The translations under genes and the position numbers were made by a program. From the sequence record LR756500.1: 13,940 bases of DNA, one strand, 5' to 3'. How positions within the stretch are numbered: position 1 is the first letter of the stretch; each line of letters begins with the position of its first letter. Of the stretch, positions 1-6,726 are shown piece by piece. The notes beneath the pieces were generated by a model. It saw only the letters and a list, made by a program, of their open reading frames with translations, made no database searches and was not told the DNA's origin.

Positions 1-423
1 AAACTTTTCTAATGCATCTTTTTTACATAAATTTATTATATATGTTGTCATACATCTTTTATAATTAACCCAAGCTTTTCTATTATTATTTTTTGGTTTA
101 ATTGGTTTAGTTAATTGGGCTAATGGTTTAACTTCAATAATATATTGAACTATGATATCATCCTTTTTAATTTTTGCGTAAAAATCTGGATAATAATGAT
201 GTATTTTTTTATCTAATATATTATAATATGGTATCTTAAATGGTTCAGAAGACCATAACAAAACATCTGGATGTTTATCTAGATAAATACAAAACTTTTT
301 TTCCCAAGAAGATCTATAAATTACTGGTAAAGGACCTACATATTTAGCCTTTTCATTAATTTCATAATAACCTTGTTTATAAAAAGATTTTTTACTAGGT
401 TTTAAATTTTTAATATTCATCAT
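1..423 (-). CDS. gp4: Head completion nuclease, T4 gp4-like (TnsA-N/PD-(D/E)XK fold); runs off the window edge (3'-truncated)
   Basis: Not in the ORF track; translated by hand from ATG ATG at 423/420: (M)MNIKNLKPSKKSFYKQGYY...YVGPLPVIYRSSWEKKFCIYLDKHPDVLLWSSEPFKIPYYNILDKKIHHYYPDFYAKIKK...YIIEVKPLAQL...KKDALEKF. Open to base 1. YRSSWE, WSSE, IPY, H.Y.PDF and IEVKP are gp4-family motifs. Confidence 0.88.
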   Translation of the reverse strand, partial: MMNIKNLKPSKKSFYKQGYYEINEKAKYVGPLPVIYRSSWEKKFCIYLDKHPDVLLWSSEPFKIPYYNILDKKIHHYYPDFYAKIKKDDIIVQYIIEVKPLAQLTKPIKPKNNNRKAWVNYKRCMTTYIINLCKKDALEKF

Positions 424-429
424 ATATTT

Positions 430-437
430 TATATATA
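430..437 (-). promoter_or_regulatory. ATATATA motif upstream of gp4; candidate late promoter core
   Basis: Minus strand reads TTGTATATATAAAATATATG-ATG directly after the terminator. The same core precedes three other genes in the late block. Confidence 0.4.
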
Positions 438-438
438 C

Positions 439-473
439 AAACAATAAAATGGAGATAATTTTAACTATCTCCC
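439..473 (-). terminator. Rho-independent terminator after the gp55/endonuclease unit
   Basis: Minus strand: GGAGATA-GTTAAAAT-TATCTCC (arms at 451-457 and 466-472) followed by ATTTTATTGTTT. It lies about 18 nt downstream of the stop at 491. Confidence 0.75.
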
Positions 474-490
474 TTTATAATTAATCAATA

Positions 491-516
491 TTAAATACTA
501 TAGATTTCTGCATTAT
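491..516. repeat. 26-bp direct repeat, copy 1 (3' end of the endonuclease ORF)
   Basis: ttaaatactatagatttctgcattat matches 2153-2178 at 25 of 26 positions. Confidence 0.95.
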
Positions 517-2104
517 ATTCATATTTAAAATTTCCTGTTCCAAAACATCTATAATATCCTTTATCATGCATTACATCAACTCCAGTCATTAAAGGATCTG
601 CTCCTTCTCTAACCAATTTATCCTTTCTAAACTTGAACCTATTCTCCCTAATTCCATCTACTACCCACCAATAATTTAAACCAGTATGCCCTATATATTT
701 AAAACCTAATTTTGTATATAAATTATCTTGCTCATTTGGTGTCCAATCACAATCAGCATAACTAATAACTCGATTCGGTTCNNNNNNNNNNNNNNNNNNN
801 NNNNNNNNCTTACTAGCACCTCCGATAACTGAGGTATTTAATTTATTAGTAAATCTCATTAATTCATACTTATTATCTTCTGCTTTTTGTCCTAGATTTT
901 TTCTCAACTTACCAAAGGTCATTAATGATACTAACTCATCATTGTAATATAAACCTAATTTAACAGCAGCATTAACATTACCTTGTAAATGGTTCATATT
1001 TAAAAACTCTCGACTATCACTAGAGGACACCTTTTTAATTGTACATTTTCGTGCATAAATACTTTTTTTATTTTTATTTAAAAGATTTAAAATTCTTGAC
1101 TTAACTATATCTTGTTTATTTACACATGAATCTTCCCATATATGTACCAATTTAATGCCCTTAGTTTTAGCTAAAGATGTTTTATTTAAATGGTAATCTT
1201 TAGGTTTTTCTAATTCAGAGTGCCAATAAACTCCATTAAATTCAAATCCTATTTTATTATCAGGAATATAAATATCTATCTCTTTACCATTTAAAATTGT
1301 TCTATCGCGTAAAATATATTTTATATCTAAATTATCTAATATTTCAGTAAAATGTCTTTCTAATCCAATATTAGAATTTGGATTATATGGAGTACATAAA
1401 ATACAAGAATCTATATTATTTGATAATCTATAATTTAATTTTAAATATGAAATTTCATATTCTTTTTTACATTTTTCACAATATAATTTAACTAAACCTT
1501 TATTAAATTTTTTAGTTGTTCCTATACTATAATTTTTAACATCTAATAAATATTTATCTTTTAAATTATTTACTATTTTATTAGTTTTTTTATCTTTTAT
1601 ATTATTAATTATAGTTTTATTTTTCCATGGATTATCTTTACCATATTTATTTATACATGTATTTTTAAATTTATTTGATATTTCTTTAGATTGTAAACTG
1701 TGTTCAACTCCATATCTTTCAACTCTAGTAATTTTCATTTTTTCTTGTACATTACTAAGTTGTGCTACATTTTCAACTCCATATTTTTCAATATTTGTAG
1801 TTTTAGTTTTTTCAAGCTTTGATATCAATATACATTCTCTAGAACATTCCTTTAAATATCCTTTAGATATACTAATAAATCTAGAATTTGGAATTATATT
1901 ACTACAATATTTACAAGTAGGTTTACTTGATATATTATTAATCCAATGATAAGCTTTCTGCCTAAATGAATATGACTTAATATTATTAATTAAGTCATAT
2001 TCATTTATATGTTTTATTACTTCAGGATAATGTAAAGTTAAATATTCTACAGAAAGCCTTTTATATAAAAGTTTATTATTTAAAAAAAATAAATTTCTTA
2101 ACAT
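491..2104 (-). CDS. Putative free-standing homing-endonuclease-like protein: Cys motifs, 23-aa repeats, PD-(D/E)XK/Vsr-like nuclease and C-terminal GNAT (Mom-like) domain, 537 aa
   Basis: CKYC...CSREC and CEKC...CILC motifs; three KYG/RYG repeats; EIDIYIPDNKIGFEFNGVYWHS...HIWED nuclease motif; C-terminal YELMRF..VIGGASK...VISYAD...LYTKLGFKYIG. 27 N at 782-808 keep the frame. Confidence 0.72.
   Translation of the reverse strand: MLRNLFFLNNKLLYKRLSVEYLTLHYPEVIKHINEYDLINNIKSYSFRQKAYHWINNISSKPTCKYCSNIIPNSRFISISKGYLKECSRECILISKLEKTKTTNIEKYGVENVAQLSNVQEKMKITRVERYGVEHSLQSKEISNKFKNTCINKYGKDNPWKNKTIINNIKDKKTNKIVNNLKDKYLLDVKNYSIGTTKKFNKGLVKLYCEKCKKEYEISYLKLNYRLSNNIDSCILCTPYNPNSNIGLERHFTEILDNLDIKYILRDRTILNGKEIDIYIPDNKIGFEFNGVYWHSELEKPKDYHLNKTSLAKTKGIKLVHIWEDSCVNKQDIVKSRILNLLNKNKKSIYARKCTIKKVSSSDSREFLNMNHLQGNVNAAVKLGLYYNDELVSLMTFGKLRKNLGQKAEDNKYELMRFTNKLNTSVIGGASKXXXXXXXXXEPNRVISYADCDWTPNEQDNLYTKLGFKYIGHTGLNYWWVVDGIRENRFKFRKDKLVREGADPLMTGVDVMHDKGYYRCFGTGNFKYEYNAEIYSI
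1604..1810 (-). repeat. Three tandem 23-aa (69-nt) repeats inside the endonuclease
   Basis: aa 99-167: KTKTTNIEKYGVENVAQLSNVQE / KMKITRVERYGVEHSLQSKEISN / KFKNTCINKYGKDNPWKNKTIIN. The sequence ttcaactccatat recurs at 1703 and 1772, 69 nt apart. Confidence 0.85.
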
Positions 2105-2108
2105 TATT

Positions 2109-2138
2109 TATTGTATTTACATTATATGAAATACAATA
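2109..2138 (-). promoter_or_regulatory. Hairpin immediately upstream of the endonuclease start codon
   Basis: Perfect 10-bp inverted repeat TATTGTATTT/AAATACAATA (2129-2138 and 2109-2118) ending 4 nt before the ATG at 2104. Confidence 0.6.
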
Positions 2139-2152
2139 CAAATGTTTAAAAA

Positions 2153-2178
2153 TTAAATACTATAAATTTCTGCATTAT
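2153..2178. repeat. 26-bp direct repeat, copy 2 (3' end of gp55)
   Basis: ttaaatactataaatttctgcattat. The only difference from copy 1 is a synonymous Ile codon (ATT vs ATC). Confidence 0.95.
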
Positions 2179-2527
2179 CACCACCATCTAAACTAAATGT
2201 GCCTGCATACTTTTTAGGATAAATGGTATTCCACCCCTTAGCGAAACCCTTTTTTATAATTTCAGTATAATAAGCAAAAGCATTTTTAGATTTTTCTGGA
2301 TCAAAACTATTCCAGTATTTTAATAAATCTAAATGAGCAAATGACATGCAATCTTTTCTATCTTCTGGATTTTTATATTGCATTCTTCGCGATACTCTTG
2401 TTGTTAATAATATAAGCATATTTTGAGCAGGAGTTGTTAATTTTCCTTGTCCTTTTGACTTAACTATTTCTTCATACAAATCTTTATTTTTAAGATAAAT
2501 ATTATCTTTAAATTTATTTTTTATCAT
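2153..2527 (-). CDS. gp55: Late-transcription sigma factor, T4 gp55-like, 124 aa
   Basis: YLKNKDLYEEI...GKLT...DRKDCMSFAHLDLLKYWNSFDPEKSKNAFAYYTEII matches the gp55-family N(F)DPEKS.NAFAYFTQI motif. Context is T4-like. Confidence 0.85.
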   Translation of the reverse strand: MIKNKFKDNIYLKNKDLYEEIVKSKGQGKLTTPAQNMLILLTTRVSRRMQYKNPEDRKDCMSFAHLDLLKYWNSFDPEKSKNAFAYYTEIIKKGFAKGWNTIYPKKYAGTFSLDGGDNAEIYSI

Positions 2528-2548
2528 AATTTATTTTTATTGGTTAAT

Positions 2549-4402
2549 TTATGCTATTTTTAAATTTTTCTTAACCAACATTTTAACAGGTTTACCTTGT
2601 GATTCAATTACTTTAACTTTGTCAGTATCACCTGATGTTGTATAATCGACTGCATATACGTATACTGTATCACCTACTTTAAATCCAAGCTCAGGTTTTA
2701 AAAGAGTTGCTTCAACATATCCTTGATCTTCTAAACTTTTTGCCTCAGATACATTACCTAGTTGTTGATAAACGTGTTGTAATTTAATTTCTTTATCTTT
2801 CAATTCTTCATCTAAAAGTTTAATAGCTTCAAATAAAGGTTCTCTATTTACAGCTAATTTTGTTGTTTTTTCTAATTCAGATTTTTTCTCTTGTAAGAAA
2901 TTAATTTTATCTATTAAATCACTTTTTTCAATTTCTAATTTAGTTCTAATTTTATTTTCTTCATTTAATTGTTCATGAATAGATTTAGAAATATCAAAAT
3001 TAACCATTTCCTTAACTAAAAGTTTTGCATCTTCTGCGCTTTCAGCCTTAATCAATTCATTTTTTTTCATTGAAGGATTAATCCTATTAACATATAATGT
3101 ATTATCTAATTTAATTAAATTAACCATAACACCTTCATTAATTTTAGAAGAAATGCTAGTTATAAAATCTAATTCTATAATTGTATCAAACTGTTCAACT
3201 AAATACATTAATTGATCAATTTTATACATTTCATCTAAATGAAAAAATCTTGATCTAATTAGATGATTTCTAAAACTTTCACCATTTTTATGATCTACGT
3301 TTTTTCCATTAATTTTAACAGTACCATCTGTTATAGAAATTTCTAATGAATTTTTGTCTTCGAATAAAATAAAACTATTATCTAAAATTTTAAAACTTTG
3401 AAAAGATTTATTAATATTATATAATGTTGGAGATATTTGTGTTGTTTCTTCTATACTATCATTTGATAATGTATAAAATTTATTGCCTAGAGCAAATGTA
3501 ATAGATTTATTTTTTTCATTTACTTCTACTGGTGAATATACTTTTGATACTTTTCCTTCTTCATTACTAATTGTAACTTTTTTATCATTAGAATATGCGT
3601 TAAGAATTACTTTAATTAAAGGTACCCATGAATGTTTTTCTAAAATATAATTTAATCCTTCTGTAATTTCTTTTTCATCTTTTTTAATTAAAAATTCTAA
3701 ATCATTAATTACACTTGAGTAGTATTTTGAATCTTTATTATTTAATGCATATAATGCATTAGAAAGTGCAGCTTTAAATTTATTGTTTTCGAAAATATCT
3801 CTCATTTCACCAATAAATTCTGAAACATTAATTAATTGATTATGAGTTGCTAATTCTTGTAACAACATACTTCCATAATAGAATTCAGGATTACTTTTAA
3901 TATCAGCAATATTTAATCTTTCTGTTAATTTAGCTTTAAGATTTAAATTTTCTGTTTTGTCTATATCTCTTAAACTACTTTGTAAGTCATTTAATTTAAT
4001 GATATATTTCTCAACAATTTTAACCGCAGTTTGAGCACTATAATTTACTCTAGTTTCATCTCCTGCTATTTTTTCTAAACTTTCCTTTAATGTTTTTAAT
4101 TTTAAAGAAAGAGTTGGAATGTTAAATGCATTATCCATTTTATTTAGTTTATTTTTATTATTTGCATCATAGTAATATAAAGGGTTTTCTGATTTTTTAC
4201 CCCAATAATTTTCAACGGCATATATAGATCTATCTCGAGGAACACCCATTCCTCTTAAGATAGAATATACTTGATTAGGTGATCTATGACCGTTATTAAA
4301 TTGATCAACCATCATTTTAAGATTATCTCTACCATCAACATTTTCATAAGGTATACCACCATTAGTATAAACTTGAGTCCATTCATTGATATCTTTTAAC
4401 AT
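2549..4402 (-). CDS. Hypothetical protein, 617 aa, with C-terminal coiled coil and small beta domain; possibly a virion protein
   Basis: Long ORF with an A-rich leader. Heptad-like K/E/L-rich stretch near aa 475-550 and a terminal GFKVGDTVYV...KVKVI segment. No catalytic motif recognised. Confidence 0.8.
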   Translation of the reverse strand: MLKDINEWTQVYTNGGIPYENVDGRDNLKMMVDQFNNGHRSPNQVYSILRGMGVPRDRSIYAVENYWGKKSENPLYYYDANNKNKLNKMDNAFNIPTLSLKLKTLKESLEKIAGDETRVNYSAQTAVKIVEKYIIKLNDLQSSLRDIDKTENLNLKAKLTERLNIADIKSNPEFYYGSMLLQELATHNQLINVSEFIGEMRDIFENNKFKAALSNALYALNNKDSKYYSSVINDLEFLIKKDEKEITEGLNYILEKHSWVPLIKVILNAYSNDKKVTISNEEGKVSKVYSPVEVNEKNKSITFALGNKFYTLSNDSIEETTQISPTLYNINKSFQSFKILDNSFILFEDKNSLEISITDGTVKINGKNVDHKNGESFRNHLIRSRFFHLDEMYKIDQLMYLVEQFDTIIELDFITSISSKINEGVMVNLIKLDNTLYVNRINPSMKKNELIKAESAEDAKLLVKEMVNFDISKSIHEQLNEENKIRTKLEIEKSDLIDKINFLQEKKSELEKTTKLAVNREPLFEAIKLLDEELKDKEIKLQHVYQQLGNVSEAKSLEDQGYVEATLLKPELGFKVGDTVYVYAVDYTTSGDTDKVKVIESQGKPVKMLVKKNLKIA

Positions 4403-4422
4403 ATTAAGACATTTTTTTATAG

Positions 4423-4431
4423 TATATATAT
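4423..4431 (-). promoter_or_regulatory. ATATATA motif upstream of the 617-aa gene; candidate late promoter core
   Basis: Minus strand reads AAATATATATACTATAAAAAAATGTCTTAATATG. Confidence 0.35.
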
Positions 4432-4436
4432 TTAAT

Positions 4437-5672
4437 TTATTTATTCATTTTATTGATATTACACCAATANNNNNNNNNNNNNNNNNNNNNCTTATCTGTA
4501 TCAAGTGGCATACTATAATCGCCCATGAATTGTTTGTAAATATTTATAGCACTATTTATGTCTCGATTTAAATCATTTCCACAATCACATATGTACTGTC
4601 TATCACTTAAATCCAAATCATAATTAATACCTCCACACTTACAACACGTTTTTGAAGTCCATGCTTCATTAACTTTTATAACTTCATTACCCTTTAACTT
4701 ATTCTTATACTCTAAAAGGTGTATAAAAGTTTGCAAATTCCAATTATTCTGCATTTGCCTATTCAAACCCTTAAAATCTGACTTTATATTTTTCTTTAAA
4801 TTCGTTAACTCGCCTATTAAAATCGTTTTATTTTGTTTAGATAAATCTTTACTTACCTTTTGTAAAATTAAATTAGTCTGTGTCTTCTTTTTAGAATAAA
4901 CTTTCTTTAATTTCCTATTTATTTTCTTAAATTTTTTACTTCCCTTCTTTTTAGTATCCCTTTTTGATTTTAATTCATCAATTCTTTTATCTAAAAACTT
5001 TTGATTTTTACTTAAATATTTTGAACTATAAACTAATCCTTTATTATTTTCAACATCATAAACAGCTAACAAATTCTTTTTACCTAAATCAATACTCAAA
5101 ACTTTATTTACATCTATATCCTTTAATTTATCTTCTTTCTTTTCATAAATTATAGAAGCATAATATTTATCATCTTTCTTATAAATCTTTAACTGCTTAA
5201 TTTCTGATTCTTTAGTTTTACTTCTCAAACAAATTAAATGTTTAATTTGCTCTGTATAATCAAGTTTTATTTCTAATTTTCTATAATTTGAATATGATAT
5301 TTTTAAAATATTTTCTTTAATAATAAAATCTTGAGTGTATGATAAAGTGAAAAAATAATCTTTACCTCTAAATTTAGGTGGGTTAGGATTTAAATCTTTG
5401 TTATTTTTAATTAATTTAAAGAAAATAGAATAGTTATTATGCAGAGTCCTTAATATTTCCTTTTTAATATCAAATGTTAAATAATCTGATTTATAATCTT
5501 TTAATTCTTTTTGTTGTTTATAATAAGAAATAAATGTTTTATTTTTTTCATAATGTTCTTTTAATTTACTCAAAAAATGATTATATAATAAACGTCCGTC
5601 ATTAGATATTGAATCAATGATAGAGTGTTGTTCATTATTTAATTTTAATTGTATTTTAAAAGTTAATAACAT
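4437..5672 (-). CDS. tnpB: TnpB-family RNA-guided endonuclease (IS200/IS605/IS607 OrfB, Cas12f-like), 411 aa
   Basis: N-terminal LTFKIQLKLNNEQ...R.LYN; RuvC-I SIDLGKKNL; RuvC-II ILIGELTNL; W....FIHLLEYK; Zn ribbon TSKTCCKCG...YICDCG; RuvC-III RDINSAINI. Confidence 0.93.
   Translation of the reverse strand: MLLTFKIQLKLNNEQHSIIDSISNDGRLLYNHFLSKLKEHYEKNKTFISYYKQQKELKDYKSDYLTFDIKKEILRTLHNNYSIFFKLIKNNKDLNPNPPKFRGKDYFFTLSYTQDFIIKENILKISYSNYRKLEIKLDYTEQIKHLICLRSKTKESEIKQLKIYKKDDKYYASIIYEKKEDKLKDIDVNKVLSIDLGKKNLLAVYDVENNKGLVYSSKYLSKNQKFLDKRIDELKSKRDTKKKGSKKFKKINRKLKKVYSKKKTQTNLILQKVSKDLSKQNKTILIGELTNLKKNIKSDFKGLNRQMQNNWNLQTFIHLLEYKNKLKGNEVIKVNEAWTSKTCCKCGGINYDLDLSDRQYICDCGNDLNRDINSAINIYKQFMGDYSMPLDTDKXXXXXXXYWCNINKMNK
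4451..4469 (-). ncRNA. Stem-loop at the tnpB 3' end; candidate part of an omegaRNA/right end
   Basis: Minus strand TATTGGT-GTAAT-ATCAATA pairs fully with one G-U wobble but has an A-C mismatch on the plus strand. TnpB omegaRNAs overlap the ORF 3' end. Full extent is unknown because 4470-4490 is N. Confidence 0.35.
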
Positions 5673-5687
5673 TAAAAATTTTTTTAT

Positions 5688-5695
5688 TATATATC
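5688..5695 (-). promoter_or_regulatory. GATATATA motif upstream of tnpB; candidate late promoter core
   Basis: Minus strand reads ATATGATATATAATAAAAAAATTTTTAATG, 15 nt from the ATG. Confidence 0.35.
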
Positions 5696-5717
5696 ATATA
5701 ATCATTCTTCATTAGTA

Positions 5718-6602
5718 TTAGGAATTAGGAATATCATCAGAAGGTGTAGCAGTTTCTCTAAAATTTCCATCACCATCAATAGCTGAATCATAATTTGTTA
5801 CTCTTACTCCATAATCAGGTCCTGTTGGCAATAATCCTTCAGTATTATCTATAATAACATGTCCCTGATTAGATAATTGATCTTCTTCTGGAACTATTGA
5901 CATATCACCCATATTATGTTGTAATCCTCCTGTCATATTATTTCCTGCGAAAATTTTCGTACTTTCTTCAAATATTGGTAAAAATGATTTTACAGAAAGA
6001 GAAAAACTTATATTATATGTAATTTTATCTGAATAACTAAAATCAAATAATTGTTCATTATCTAGTGATTCTGGAATTGAAACACTTGCAGCTATTCTAT
6101 AACCTCCTAAATCTACATAAAAACATCTATTTTTATAAAATGATCTCATTGCAGATTCAGTAATTTTTAACATTTCAATATTACTATTACAAATTATTTT
6201 AGTTTCAAATGTTAATTCAATTGGAATAATCATTGTTTCGTAAGAGTATGGAACTAAATTTTTGTCTTCTTTTTCTAATCGTTCCATTCTTACAAATTTA
6301 TTAACTAAAGATCCTGCATCTATATCCATAGATGTTAGATTTATAACACCTCTAGGAACAGTATTATATGTTCCTATAGCATGTTCATTTGTTGGATCTG
6401 CAGTTTCATCATTTAAAAAATTATCTATTAAAAATCTTTCATTTCCAGTAACAGAATAATAAAACGGAACGCCTAAATACTTTTTTTCTTGATCTGAAAT
6501 TTGTGAATATTTTATTTTATCATTTAATTCTGATAGTAATGATACTATAATATATCTTATAACTGAATCATCTTTATTAAATTCGAGATTGTATTTACTC
6601 AT
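5718..6602 (-). CDS. gp15: Tail sheath stabilizer/completion protein, T4 gp15-like, 294 aa
   Basis: VPFYY...ERFL...VPRGVINLTSMDID...IPIELTFETKI...EMLKITE..MRSFY follows the gp15-family pattern (VP..Y, PR, P..L.FEL.I, .QI.EQI.P.F). Confidence 0.7.
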   Translation of the reverse strand: MSKYNLEFNKDDSVIRYIIVSLLSELNDKIKYSQISDQEKKYLGVPFYYSVTGNERFLIDNFLNDETADPTNEHAIGTYNTVPRGVINLTSMDIDAGSLVNKFVRMERLEKEDKNLVPYSYETMIIPIELTFETKIICNSNIEMLKITESAMRSFYKNRCFYVDLGGYRIAASVSIPESLDNEQLFDFSYSDKITYNISFSLSVKSFLPIFEESTKIFAGNNMTGGLQHNMGDMSIVPEEDQLSNQGHVIIDNTEGLLPTGPDYGVRVTNYDSAIDGDGNFRETATPSDDIPNS

Positions 6603-6666
6603 TCTTTTAAATGTATTTGTTATTATATAAAAAAACTAAAAATAGTTTCATATTATTAGCTTTTTT

Positions 6667-6674
6667 TATATATC
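6667..6674 (-). promoter_or_regulatory. GATATATA motif after the terminator, upstream of gp15; candidate late promoter core
   Basis: Minus strand reads CCTTTTTTGATATATAAAAAAAGC; same terminator-then-motif layout as at 430-473. Confidence 0.4.
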
Positions 6675-6703
6675 AAAAAAGGCCCTACTAATGTAGAGCC
6701 TTT
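6675..6703 (-). terminator. Rho-independent terminator ending the replication/recombination block
   Basis: Minus strand: AAAGGCTCTAC-ATTA-GTAGGGCC-TTTTTT, an 8-bp GC-rich stem with one G-U pair plus a U tract, about 23 nt after the gp46 stop. Confidence 0.85.
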
Positions 6704-6726
6704 ATAACTTAAAACTTAAATATTAT

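Larger units (their letters stand above)
491..2178 (-). mobile_element. Endonuclease cassette flanked by 26-bp direct repeats at the 3' end of gp55
   Basis: Repeat copies are 1,662 bp apart and enclose a single nuclease gene inserted between core phage genes gp55 and gp4. Confidence 0.65.

Noticed and set aside
517-2152. Group I intron in gp55 with 491-516 as exon 2
   Set aside because: gp55 already has its own complete end and stop at 2153. The non-coding part of the insert is only 48 nt, and I saw no group I core elements.
782-4490. N-runs at 782-808 (27 nt) and 4470-4490 (21 nt) as frameshifts or pseudogene lesions
   Set aside because: Both are multiples of three and the frames continue with sensible sequence. 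They are unknown or masked bases, not evidence of inactivation.
4437-5672. Cas12f/type V CRISPR effector interpretation of the TnpB
   Set aside because: No repeat-spacer array or cas1/cas2/cas4 is present in the window, and the flanks are too short to hold one.
6607-6651. 14-codon ORF MKLFLVFLYNNKYI upstream of gp15, and a weak 6-bp stem at 6633-6648
   Set aside because: Too short and AT-rich to distinguish from chance; would need ribosome profiling.
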